Assembly: GCA_965222375.1 (NCBI GenBank)
Contig: CBDCTZ010000014.1
Coordinates: forward strand, 416,001-480,000
DNA: 64,000 bases
Source: Polyangiaceae bacterium
GTDB taxonomy: Bacteria; Myxococcota_A; Polyangia; Polyangiales; Polyangiaceae
Direction of reading: 5' to 3'
Positions within the stretch are counted from its first letter, which is position 1. The number at the start of each line of letters is the position of its first letter. A model generated the notes under the pieces. The model ran no database searches and was not told the origin of the DNA. It worked only from the letters and a program-made list of their open reading frames with translations. Positions 37,517 through 46,848 of this stretch are shown here, one piece after another. The translations under genes and the position numbers were made by a program.

Positions 37517-38011
37517 TCAGGGATTCTTGGTCATCTTGAACGTGACGGTGATGCTGGTGCGCTCGGCTTTGGCGTCGACTTCGAATTTCGCTTCGGCCGC
37601 CGCGTTGTGGAAACACGGGTTGATGGTTTTGGCGCCCATGCCCGCATGAGAAGCGGAGACGCTCTTGCGCTCGCCCTTCACGAATAGGTAGCTGACAAGG
37701 ACACGCCCCTCGAGATCCGCAACGGTTTTGAGGGTTTCGGCGTAGCAGGCCTCGAAAGCCTTGGCCTGCTCAGCCAAGGCTTTCCGGATCGCCTCCTCTT
37801 CGGCTCCGCCTCCATTGATTTCGACCTTGGGCACGCTCACGTGACTGAGCTTCATCGGTTCCTGCTCGGGCTCGGGCTCGGCTTCGGGCTCCGCGGCGAC
37901 TGGAGCAGTGGCCGGTTCCGGGGCCGCGGGCTCCGGGGCTTGGGGTTCAGCGGCAGGGGCGCCGCCGCATGCGGCCAGGAAAAGCGTCAGCAGGATGGGA
38001 CGGTAGGTCAT
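37517..38011 (-). CDS. Small lipoprotein (AgmX/PglI C-terminal-like domain)
   Basis: Lipobox LAAC; Pro/Glu linker; ACYAETLK...LEGRV...PCF. Confidence 0.6.
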   Translation of the reverse strand: MTYRPILLTLFLAACGGAPAAEPQAPEPAAPEPATAPVAAEPEAEPEPEQEPMKLSHVSVPKVEINGGGAEEEAIRKALAEQAKAFEACYAETLKTVADLEGRVLVSYLFVKGERKSVSASHAGMGAKTINPCFHNAAAEAKFEVDAKAERTSITVTFKMTKNP

Positions 38012-38052
38012 GGGGCGGAGTGTACACGTCTCCACTCAGCGCAGAGGACGGT

Positions 38053-40116
38053 TTAGTCTCGCCAACCGCCTCGTGCCGGTGCCCAGTGCAAGTTGCCCCG
38101 CTCGAAGCTCTGGGATTCGGGCTGCGTGGGATCTGCCGGAACGGTCGCAGCCGACAAGGGGTAGCCGAGCTCGGCGAGCCCACCGAGCTGTTCGAAGAGC
38201 GCGAACAAGTTCGAATGCACCGCATGGGCGCCGAACTGTGGGTGCGACAGGATCACACCCCGCGTGCAAACGAGCTGCTGCGCTGCGCCGTCGGGTGTCT
38301 TTTCGACTTCTGCGAGGGGGACTCCTACCGGAGCCCGAGTCGCGCCGGCCTGCTCCCAGCAAGCGACCGCGGGCTGCTCTTGGAATAGCGCCAAAGGGGG
38401 CTCTCGGGGAGCGTCGCGAGGCGGGCTCCAACCTAGTAGCGCCCCTCCCTCGAAACGCACCACACGCCCGCTCCGGTCGCCTTCTTTCAATTCGACCGCT
38501 GCGGAGATCGGCATCCCCAATTTGCCGCCCTTGCCCCCTTCTTCCCGCCAACGTGTGGCGAACGCGGCTGGCAACTTGGAAACGAAGTCCGCGTTGCTTG
38601 CGACCGGCGGCGAGGCGTCGGTTGGCGCAATTGGAACGGGCGAAGGGTGCGGTGGTGCAAGTCCGCCACCGGGAGACAGCGGCCCCGCGACGGGCGGCGC
38701 CCCGATTGGTGGAGCGACGACGGGAGGCACGACAGGAGGAATGACGCCGGCCGGGCTCGGAGGCACGACAGGAGGAATGACGCCGGCCGGGCTCGGAGGC
38801 ACGACAGGAGGAATGACGCCGGTCGGGCTCGGAGGCACGACAGGAGGAATGACGCCGGCCGGGCTCGGAGGCACGATCGGCGGCGTCACCACCGGCGGCG
38901 GTGGTTGCGGCGGGGGGCTTGGCGCATCGGCTCCGACGGCCACCGGGGCCATTGGCGCGGGGGCCGTCGCGCTCGGAGCTGGATCCCAAGGCATGGCTGC
39001 GGCCGCCGGGGGAGGCGGCCCTTGACCACGCAGCAACGCGAGAATGGCCTCACTGCGGTCTTCGCCCAAGTAGGCACCGCGATCGCGGCCCTGCAAGCGC
39101 TTGGCAACACCCGGCGTGAGGCCAGCAAACAGGCCGCCGGCGAGCCCCGCCAACAAGCCGCTGCCCGTGAGCGCACGCACCGCGGTACTCGCGCCCACGC
39201 CGGCCACGGTGCCGGCCACTCGGGTCGTCGCCGACGCCGCCTTGTTTGGGGGCGCGTGGGGCAGCTCGCTCAAGTTGGTTCCGCCATGCTCGGTGGGATC
39301 GAAGTTGTCCCGCGTGGTAGTGCGAAAGGCCCAACAGCTGCTGGTCCACTGTCGATTCAGCACGTAGTCGTAGGGCATGTATACGTAGCCCGCGTCGCCC
39401 CAATCATCCCCCCAAGAGTTGCGAACGATGAAGACCCGGCGCGCATCGTCGTAGCCCGCCAGGAGCAGGGCGTGGCGTCCGTGGCGAGCGTCGAGCGCGC
39501 CTTGGGGCATGCCGCACATACCGTTGCGCGGTGTCTTCACGAAGGACTCGGTGACGCGGGTGCCGAAGATGACCGGAAAGCCCGAGGCCAGACAGGCGCG
39601 TAGCGCGTCTCCGTCGACGGGCAGCGACCACCAATCCGTCGCGCGGTATTCTGCAGCTTCTCGGAACACGGGCTCCGGAGGTTGGACTGCAAACAGGTTG
39701 CGGTCGTAGGGCCAGTTCCGCTCCGTTGGCACACCCGCGCGGTGCAAGACCCGGATGCCGCTGGCGATGGAGGCGCCACTGTCTTCGCGTATCCGGTCGT
39801 CCCAGAGCCGTTGGTTGAAATAGACGAACAACCGGGACAGGTCGACGCTGCGCCCGGTTTCCCGGCGCACTAGATATTCCAACGCCCCCACGACGGCGTT
39901 GCTCGTGCAGCTGCCCAGGCTGCCCTGTTCTTCCACCCGCGTCATCCAGGAGCGAAGGTCCACCGCACTCGGAAGCTGACTGAGGGGTGACCGGAAGGGG
40001 CGGCGTTCGACGTCGTCATCATCGTCGTCACGACAGGCGCCCAGCGCGATCTGGCGGCCCAGATAGGAACCGACGCGGATCCCGACGAGTTGGCCTAGGC
40101 GTGAGCTACCGAGCAT
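38053..40116 (-). CDS. Papain-family (C1) cysteine peptidase with Pro-rich linker and LGFP-like repeats
   Basis: QGSLGSCT, HALLLAGY, RNSWG catalytic motifs; LGMPI, VGVPL, LGYPL...QSFERG repeats. Confidence 0.85.
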   Translation of the reverse strand: MLGSSRLGQLVGIRVGSYLGRQIALGACRDDDDDDVERRPFRSPLSQLPSAVDLRSWMTRVEEQGSLGSCTSNAVVGALEYLVRRETGRSVDLSRLFVYFNQRLWDDRIREDSGASIASGIRVLHRAGVPTERNWPYDRNLFAVQPPEPVFREAAEYRATDWWSLPVDGDALRACLASGFPVIFGTRVTESFVKTPRNGMCGMPQGALDARHGRHALLLAGYDDARRVFIVRNSWGDDWGDAGYVYMPYDYVLNRQWTSSCWAFRTTTRDNFDPTEHGGTNLSELPHAPPNKAASATTRVAGTVAGVGASTAVRALTGSGLLAGLAGGLFAGLTPGVAKRLQGRDRGAYLGEDRSEAILALLRGQGPPPPAAAAMPWDPAPSATAPAPMAPVAVGADAPSPPPQPPPPVVTPPIVPPSPAGVIPPVVPPSPTGVIPPVVPPSPAGVIPPVVPPSPAGVIPPVVPPVVAPPIGAPPVAGPLSPGGGLAPPHPSPVPIAPTDASPPVASNADFVSKLPAAFATRWREEGGKGGKLGMPISAAVELKEGDRSGRVVRFEGGALLGWSPPRDAPREPPLALFQEQPAVACWEQAGATRAPVGVPLAEVEKTPDGAAQQLVCTRGVILSHPQFGAHAVHSNLFALFEQLGGLAELGYPLSAATVPADPTQPESQSFERGNLHWAPARGGWRD
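38723..38876. repeat. Coding tandem repeat, 4.3 x 36 bp
   Basis: GGAGGCACGACAGGAGGAATGACGCCGG(C/T)CGGGCTC four times; encodes VIPPVVPPSP(A/T)G. Confidence 0.95.
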
Positions 40117-40328
40117 GCATCCGTCCGACGCGCGAGCATAACACCAAGGGGTGGTTGCGCCGCGCAGACGGGCCGTCGAAGCCCGTGGCAGCGCGACTCA
40201 GCTCTGGCCGCCTGATGTTGCCGCGGTGGCTGGCTCGATTGGGCTGCGTGCTGAAGCCACCGGCAAGGACCACAGTGCGCTGCTGTCCCGTTGGGCGAAG
40301 CGCTTCGAAAATGCGCCATCGATGGTAG

Positions 40329-40530
40329 CGGCTAAATCGCCTGGCTGCCTTCGACGCGCAGAGCGGCAGAGTGCTGCCGTGGGGTCCCGGCGCGGACGGC
40401 GAAGTGTGCGCTATCGCACTCTCCCCAGATGGCCAGTTCGTCTATGTCGGAGGTCAGTTCGGCAAGGTCGCCGGAGCCGCCCCGGAAGAACTTTGCCAAA
40501 GTGAACGCCACGACCGGCGCTCGGGGCCGA
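40329..40530 (+). pseudogene. Remnant of a beta-propeller repeat protein
   Basis: Frame after TAG 40326 reads NRLAAFDAQSGRVLPWGPGADGEVCAIALSPDGQFVYVGGQFGKVAGAARKNFAKVNATTGA; no plausible N-terminus. Confidence 0.65.
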
Positions 40531-41313
40531 CTAGCCGCTCCACTTGAACGAAAGGCCCATGAAAGTTACCTTCGTCTCTTTGGTGTTGGGAGCCGTTCCG
40601 CAGTAGCCGCTCGCGGCTAGCCAGATGTTGGCGCTGCCAGGCCCGCCCACATTGACTACGTCGAAGTGATAGCCGACATCCTGGGCGACGCCGTTGATGC
40701 CGCTCGCAGTCCCTGCCGGTTTCGCCTCGTAGAGTTCGCCGCTCGAACCCGAGCCGGGCCAGGTGTACTCCGCGCTGGAAAAGCCGGCGTCGAGGGACAG
40801 GGAGCAGGTCGCGGCGGCGGCGAGCTGGTTGAACCGCACCCAGAAGTACGCAAGTCCGCTACTGTCACACCAGGCTTCCCACAGCCCGCCGTTGCTCGTT
40901 GCCAACGAGCATTGCTGGGGAAAGCTGGGATGGATGCTGCCGATCGTGGGCGTCGTCTGACACGCGGCGGTGGCCTCCTGAGCCGTGAAGGTTCCGGAAC
41001 CGCACTTCGAGCTGCCCGCGGGTGGCTGTGGCGCTTCGATACCGTTAAAGCTCGCGGAGCCGCCGCTCCCACTGCCTCCCGCGGCGCCGCTGCTGCCCGC
41101 GGCGCCGCCACTCCCAGCCGTCCCGCTACTTCCCGACGTTCCGGCGCTGCCTCCGGCGGCTGTGCCACCCGACGCTGCGCCGCCGCTACCGCTGGCCGCG
41201 CCCGAGCCACCCACACCACTGCCGCCTGCGCCTGCCCCGCCGCTCCCGTCGTTGCTTGAACTACCGCAACCCCAAGTGAGCAGCGCCACGCAGCCAATGC
41301 ACAAAACCCGCAT
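40531..41313 (-). CDS. Gly/Ser-linker lipoprotein, hypothetical
   Basis: Lipobox WGC, Gly-rich stalk, Cys-containing C-domain. Confidence 0.7.
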   Translation of the reverse strand: MRVLCIGCVALLTWGCGSSSNDGSGGAGAGGSGVGGSGAASGSGGAASGGTAAGGSAGTSGSSGTAGSGGAAGSSGAAGGSGSGGSASFNGIEAPQPPAGSSKCGSGTFTAQEATAACQTTPTIGSIHPSFPQQCSLATSNGGLWEAWCDSSGLAYFWVRFNQLAAAATCSLSLDAGFSSAEYTWPGSGSSGELYEAKPAGTASGINGVAQDVGYHFDVVNVGGPGSANIWLAASGYCGTAPNTKETKVTFMGLSFKWSG

Positions 41314-41481
41314 GGCCGCATGGGATGCGCACGCTGGCAGCCGCATTCATGACCACATCCGATACTTTCACTCTGCCCAATGAGTGGTGGGGCCGTGGCC
41401 GCCGAAAACCGTCGGAGCAACACTTGCGCGATCGTCGCTCGGTTGACGTCAGAGCGGGCCGCTCCTGCTCTGCCTACGCCG

Positions 41482-42717
41482 TCAGAGCCGCCCTGCCTCG
41501 TGGCCGCCCGCAAGATCAATCGAGAAGCCGTGTTGCCGCAAGACGTGCTTTGCGATTGTCAATTGCTGTATCTCGCTGGTGCCGCCGCCAATGGTCCACA
41601 GTTTCATGTCGCGCATCAATCGTTCTGGCGCGCATTCCCCAGAGTAGCCCATGCCCCCCATGAGTTGGATAGCGTCCATCGCGACGGATACGGCAGCCTC
41701 CGTGGCGTACCACTTGGCGGCACTGGTTTCGGCGGGCGCGCCTTTGCCCTGGGCCTGCAACCAGATCAACTTGAGCAGAAGATTCTGCACGTTCTCCTTG
41801 GCCACGAACATGCGCGCCAGTTTCTGCTGGGTCAGCTGAAAGGCTGCAATGGGTTTGCCGAATTGCTCGCGATCAATGGCGTAGGTCGTGGCATCTTCCA
41901 GGCAGCGCTCAATCACGCCGAGACACATGGCGACGATGGCCGCTCGCTCCGACGAAAGCGTCGCTTCGGCCAGCTCGCGTTCGGGCCGCTCCGGATCCCC
42001 TAGCAAGTGGTCCCGCGGTACGCTGACATCGTCGATGAAGATTTCGCCCGTCGGGCACGCGTGCATGCCCATCTTCTTGATTGCGCTGCCGGGCGTGAGC
42101 CCAGGCGTTCCTTTTTCGACCACTACCGGGAATATTCGCGTCTTGTCGCTGCGGTCCGAGGCCCGTTCCACCAGACGCGCATAGATCAAGAACACATCGG
42201 CGGAAGGCGCGTTAGAGATGAAGGCCTTGCTGCCTCTTAGTATGACCCTGTCTCCATTCAGGGTGGCCGTCGTACGCATTGCGAAAGCGTCGGAGCCCGT
42301 GGCCGGTTCGGTCAGCGCCCAGCACCCAACTGTTTCTAGGGACAGGAGGGGTACAGCCAACCGCTCCACCAGCCTGGGTGAGCCCTTGGCAGCAATGGTG
42401 TTGCCGCAGCCGAACGTGGAAAGCATGCATAGGCACAGGCCGGGACTGACCCGGGAAAGCTCTTTGAACAGGATTGCAGGAATTGCAGGGTCGAATCCGG
42501 AGCTGGTTTCCTTCGCGCCGCCGCTGCTCGCCTTGAGCATCGGCTCGGCAAACATCTCCTTGATTTGGAAAGTTGCGGAGAGGCGTTTCAGCACTTCGTA
42601 GGACGAGATTGAGCCGTCCTCGAGCTGAGGGACCAGGGGCTCAACCTCATCCGCGCAATAGCGCCTCAAGAAAGCCTCGACTGCCTGGTGGGTCTCCAAG
42701 AACTGGTAGCCGCTCAT
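41482..42717 (-). CDS. Acyl-CoA dehydrogenase
   Basis: WALTEPATGSD, GSKAFISN, KMGMHA, REQFGKPI, QLMGGMGY, IGGGTSEIQ. Confidence 0.92.
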   Translation of the reverse strand: MSGYQFLETHQAVEAFLRRYCADEVEPLVPQLEDGSISSYEVLKRLSATFQIKEMFAEPMLKASSGGAKETSSGFDPAIPAILFKELSRVSPGLCLCMLSTFGCGNTIAAKGSPRLVERLAVPLLSLETVGCWALTEPATGSDAFAMRTTATLNGDRVILRGSKAFISNAPSADVFLIYARLVERASDRSDKTRIFPVVVEKGTPGLTPGSAIKKMGMHACPTGEIFIDDVSVPRDHLLGDPERPERELAEATLSSERAAIVAMCLGVIERCLEDATTYAIDREQFGKPIAAFQLTQQKLARMFVAKENVQNLLLKLIWLQAQGKGAPAETSAAKWYATEAAVSVAMDAIQLMGGMGYSGECAPERLMRDMKLWTIGGGTSEIQQLTIAKHVLRQHGFSIDLAGGHEAGRL

Positions 42718-42875
42718 TTGAATGAGCCCTCCTGGTGTGCAAACTGGTGGAACGCTTTCGCGAAGCCCGATTCCCTCAGGGCCCACTTCCCGTGGCAAGA
42801 GGCCCCGTGTCGACGTTGTAGCTTCCCGGGCGCGCGATCAGGAAAACGCGAAGCGGAGGGCCTCGCCCAACACTC

Positions 42876-43010
42876 TCAAGAAAGGGCTGCAAATTCAAGA
42901 GCTTGGCGGGTCGTGCGGTCGCGGTGCCTGAGTGGGTGAAGGTAACGAAACCCCGCGAAGAAAGCTATCGGCGCCGGCTGGTCGTGCTCGAAGACGCGGA
43001 GCTGACTCAT
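42876..43010 (-). pseudogene. Possible 5' remnant of an acireductone dioxygenase (MtnD-like) gene
   Basis: MSQLRVFEHDQPAP resembles ARD N-termini; the resemblance ends after about 14 aa. Confidence 0.25.
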
Positions 43011-43354
43011 GGCGGGTCGGCCGCGCTGCATCGGGCGATGTTTCGCTTGTTGGCGGAGCGAGAAGGGGGATCGTCGGGATCCGGGTCCAAAAGGGTTTAG
43101 GGCGTCGCCGTCGGGCGCTCCGCCAGCTGAGTGGCTCGGGGCGTTGTGACGCCACTGCCAGGATCCCGCTGTTCTGAGGCAGAGGAGCGGGTGCGGGCGT
43201 GGCCGTCGACACGGTTGGCTCGTGTCACGCGTCTTGCCGAGGACCCGCTGCGGGCGAAGTTCCGTGGCGAAGAAAACGTTCGCAACTGAACCTAGTGCCC
43301 GTGGGTGCGATTGCGCGCCGGAGGTCAAGCTGGGCTATGCTTCCAAGGACACGA

Positions 43355-44272
43355 ATGCCGACCTCGCGCTTCGGGCGTAACCTCGTGGTCCTTGGAGTGA
43401 CCGCAGCTTCTTTGCTGTGCTGCGTGGGCGGCTGTTTGACCATCAACGATTTGGAAGGCATTGCCCCAGGCCGCCCCGTAGGCGGTATCAGCTGTGCGGT
43501 GGGAGAAACCACGGCTTGCTACACCGGACCGGCAGCAACGGAAAACGTCGGAGAGTGCGAAGCCGGAACCCGTCGCTGCTCCGGGGACGCGTGGGAACCC
43601 TGCCTTGGAGAAGTGACTCCGACGGAAGAATCCTGTGACGGGCTCGACAACGACTGCGACGGGATCGCCGACGAGAACATAGGTGAAACCAGCTGCGGCG
43701 AGGGACTGTGCAAGGTCACCGTATCGAGCTGTGTGGGTGGCAAGCCCGGGCAGTGCATCCCGCTGCCGGGTTCGGCGGTCGAGGCTTGCGATGGGGTTGA
43801 CGACAACTGCGACGGCTTCATCGACGAAGGTTGCAATTGCTTGAGCGGTTCTTCCCAGAGTTGCTACTCCGGTGCGTCGAGCACGAAAGACGTTGGACAA
43901 TGCAAGTCGGGCATGCAGACCTGTGCTGCTGGGGATTGGGGGCCTTGCAGCGGCGAGGCCCTGCCGAAGAAGGAGGTCTGCGACAAAGCTGACAACGACT
44001 GCGACGGCAAGGTCGACGAGGGCGGCGTTTGCTGCACGCCGAGTTGCGCCTCCCGAGACGCTTGCGGCTCCGATGGCTGTGACGGAAGTTGCGGCAGCTG
44101 TGATTCCGACCGAGTTTGCCACAAGGGCTTTTGCGTTTGGACTCATGGGCACAATGGGGACACGTCCGTTTCGTGCAGTACCATCTGCGCTTGGGGCAAA
44201 AGCCAGTGCGTTGATGCAACCACCGGTGGCTGCGGGACCAAGGGTCAGAAGGGCACCTGCTACTGTTGGTAG
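43355..44272 (+). CDS. Cys-rich lipoprotein with ExCDGxDNDCDGxxDE (MopE-related) repeats
   Basis: Three repeats of the motif; N-terminal hydrophobic segment and GGC. Confidence 0.8.
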   Translation: MPTSRFGRNLVVLGVTAASLLCCVGGCLTINDLEGIAPGRPVGGISCAVGETTACYTGPAATENVGECEAGTRRCSGDAWEPCLGEVTPTEESCDGLDNDCDGIADENIGETSCGEGLCKVTVSSCVGGKPGQCIPLPGSAVEACDGVDDNCDGFIDEGCNCLSGSSQSCYSGASSTKDVGQCKSGMQTCAAGDWGPCSGEALPKKEVCDKADNDCDGKVDEGGVCCTPSCASRDACGSDGCDGSCGSCDSDRVCHKGFCVWTHGHNGDTSVSCSTICAWGKSQCVDATTGGCGTKGQKGTCYCW

Positions 44273-44519
44273 CGCGGTTGCCGCCGGCGGAGCCTCGCAG
44301 CTTGAACGAGGCGTTGGCCCGAGTCGCCATTCTTGCGACGCGCGCGAGCCACCATAGGGCGTTGGATAGGCGTGAAAGTATGCAGACTATGCCAAGCAAC
44401 GTCCGTGCCGGACCTTTGCCTTCGCCTGCGACCCGCATCCCCGAAGCGAGTAGATGCAACGCCTAGAGGCTGCTCCGTCACCGCGCCGCGCATGGCCGGT
44501 TTCGGCTAGGCTCACGTTG

Positions 44520-45425
44520 ATGGTCGCGGTAGTCGCACAGCTCCGTCGGCGGCATCTTCGACCGATGCTCGCCGCAGTCGCGCTCCTTATTGGCGTCTCT
44601 TCAGCGGACGCTCAGGAAAAGAGCGTCGCGAGCGGCTTCTTCGAAGCGGGCGCCGCGGCGGCACAGCGCAAGGACTTTGCTGTGTGTGCCGAGTCATTCG
44701 CGGAGGCGCATCGTCTCGAGCCACACAGCGCCGCAATCTACAACGCTGCGCTGTGTTGGGAATCTGAAGGCAAGCTGGGGCTCGCCGCGCGGGGCTACGA
44801 AGAAGCACTAAAACGCCGACAGTTGCATCCGGATCAAGAACAGCAGGCGAGCAGGCGCCTGACGGGTCTGCTTCCAAAGCTTGCTCGCCTGCTAGTCGAT
44901 GGTCCGGTTGGCACCACCATCAGCACCCGAGACGCGAAGAACATCTCTACGCCGGCGCGGCTCCTGACGGAGCCGGGTCCGCTGGTGATCACGGCGCGCG
45001 GGCCAAACGGCGAGCAGAAGACGCTCACAATCGAAGCCCGAACTGGGCAGCTGCAAGAGGTGAGCGTGCACTTCGCCGAGTTGGCACCGTCGAAGAAGGC
45101 CAAGCCTCCGCCACGAGAAATGGAGCCTACGGCGAGCCCCACGAAAACGCTCGGCTGGATCGGGATTGGGGTCGGCGCGGCGACTCTTCTCACGGCTGGG
45201 GGATTCTACCTAGCCGCGGTTTCCGCTAGGAACGACTTTGAGGACTCGGGAAGACGTGACGGGAGCGCTCGGGAAACCGCGGTCGATCGGCTGAAGCTCT
45301 CCCGTATCCTGGGGTTGGGGGGTGCAATCGTAGCTGGGATTGGGGTGACCCTCGTCATCACTGACGAGCCCGACGCTGCCAAGGTCCAGGTTCGGCTTAG
45401 CCCTGGACTGGCGCGCGGGCGCTGA
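44520..45425 (+). CDS. Exported TPR + PEGA-like protein with C-terminal TM helices
   Basis: TPR-like (AIYNAALCWE), beta-rich PEGA-like region, two TM segments. Start uncertain. Confidence 0.7.
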   Translation: MVAVVAQLRRRHLRPMLAAVALLIGVSSADAQEKSVASGFFEAGAAAAQRKDFAVCAESFAEAHRLEPHSAAIYNAALCWESEGKLGLAARGYEEALKRRQLHPDQEQQASRRLTGLLPKLARLLVDGPVGTTISTRDAKNISTPARLLTEPGPLVITARGPNGEQKTLTIEARTGQLQEVSVHFAELAPSKKAKPPPREMEPTASPTKTLGWIGIGVGAATLLTAGGFYLAAVSARNDFEDSGRRDGSARETAVDRLKLSRILGLGGAIVAGIGVTLVITDEPDAAKVQVRLSPGLARGR

Positions 45426-45477
45426 ACTACGACGCTGCCTCAGATGGCCCGGGATCACCGAGGCGATTCCGTTTGCT

Positions 45478-45509
45478 TGTGCGCCAACTGTTCGGACACT
45501 GTTCGTACA
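45478..45509 (+). promoter_or_regulatory. Putative sigma54 activator binding array (UAS 1)
   Basis: TGTGCGCCAA-C-TGTTCGGACA-C-TGTTCGTACA with 11-bp period, about 60 bp upstream of the -24 box. Confidence 0.65.
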
Positions 45510-45567
45510 GCCTTGCGAGTAGTAGCAAGATCTTCCTCACTTTGCGGGCTCCGCCGACGTGTTGGAG

Positions 45568-45583
45568 CGGCACGGTCCTTGCG
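45568..45583 (+). promoter_or_regulatory. Sigma54 -24/-12 promoter
   Basis: CGGCAC-GGTCC-TTGCG, GG-N10-GC spacing. Confidence 0.7.
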
Positions 45584-45598
45584 ATGGCCGGGTACGCC

Positions 45599-46828
45599 AT
45601 GGCAATCAGTCAACGCTACTCCCAGCTCGCATCTTGCATTTTGGCGCTTGCAGCCGCCCTCGTTGCGGAATCCGCTCGAGCGGCCTGCCCAATTGGTTCG
45701 AAGATCGATATCGACCACGATCTACCCGGCTCTGGCTATTCGGAGACCGGCGGCAATTGGACCAGCTGGAGTTGGCCCTGCAACGGGCCGGGATACCGCT
45801 ACCTGAGCCATACCGTTGGGGACGGGTCTCGGAAAGGCAAAGCCATTTGGAAACCCGCCATCAAGGTGGCCGGGACCTACCGCGTACGAACGGCCTATCG
45901 GGCCACCGAGAACCGCACCAAAGATGCTGACTACTACGTGTACGACGACAAGGGCGCTAGCAAGCATCACGTCGAAAACCAGTTCGGGAACGCGTGCAAG
46001 TGGGTCGATCTGGGAACGTTCTACTGCAAGCCGGGGGGTTCATGTCGCGTCGTGCTGGACGGTACCGATGACAGCCACTCGGACTGCGCCGACCGCACTC
46101 GCTACGAATTGATCAGCTGTGGCACCTCGAGCGGGACCGGAGGCACGACGGGAAGCGGCGGCACAAGCGCCACCGGATGTGGCGGCATCAGCAAGAATCC
46201 CAGCTTCGAGCTCTGCTCGTCTACGGCTACGACCTGTGCCGGCGTCTACACCAACGGCGGCGGCTGCCAGGCGTTCTGTGCTGCGGCGGGAATGACGTGT
46301 AAGGCGCGGTTTGGTGGAGAGCCGGGCTGCCAGAAAGAGCCACACAACCCGATCCCTTGTAGCGCTGACAATACCCACCAGTCGGACTGGTGCGAATGTG
46401 TCGCGCCGCCCGCCAGTGGTGGAACGGGTGGAGGTGGCGTGAAGGGTGGAGGTGGAAGCTCGGCTAGCAGTGGCGCAGGAACAAGCGGAAGCGGAGCCTC
46501 CGCGGGCACCGCTGGTGACGAGGGCAACCCGGCGCAGGGCGGTCAAGGCGGTGTGGCGAATGCGGGTTCTTCAGGCGTATGGGGTGGAGGGGGGCAGGCC
46601 CCGATTGGGGCGGTCGGCGGCGACGGGGGGCACAGCATTCACCCTCCTGCTGGGGCTGAAGAACCCTTCGAAGGCGAAGTGAGTTGCCGCGCGGCAACTC
46701 CCGCCGGGAACACACCCATGGGACCAGCTTGGCTTGTCGCTTTATCTGCAGGCTTGCTGGGCATGCGTCGAAAGGTGCGCCAAACCCTCGGCGCGATGCA
46801 CCGAGGGCGCCTCGGCCGAATTGTATGA
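45599..46828 (+). CDS. Exported protein with golvesin/CBM-like domain, Cys-rich module and MYXO-CTERM-like tail
   Basis: Signal peptide; AIWKP...GTYRV...NQ...WVDLGTF; C-terminal SC...AWLVALSAGLLGMRRK. Confidence 0.72.
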   Translation: MAISQRYSQLASCILALAAALVAESARAACPIGSKIDIDHDLPGSGYSETGGNWTSWSWPCNGPGYRYLSHTVGDGSRKGKAIWKPAIKVAGTYRVRTAYRATENRTKDADYYVYDDKGASKHHVENQFGNACKWVDLGTFYCKPGGSCRVVLDGTDDSHSDCADRTRYELISCGTSSGTGGTTGSGGTSATGCGGISKNPSFELCSSTATTCAGVYTNGGGCQAFCAAAGMTCKARFGGEPGCQKEPHNPIPCSADNTHQSDWCECVAPPASGGTGGGGVKGGGGSSASSGAGTSGSGASAGTAGDEGNPAQGGQGGVANAGSSGVWGGGGQAPIGAVGGDGGHSIHPPAGAEEPFEGEVSCRAATPAGNTPMGPAWLVALSAGLLGMRRKVRQTLGAMHRGRLGRIV

Positions 46829-46848
46829 CCAAGTGCTAGGATGGCACC

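Noticed and set aside
38723..38876. 36-bp repeats as a CRISPR array
   Set aside because: The repeats are contiguous with no spacers, in frame within a Pro-rich linker, and no cas genes are present.
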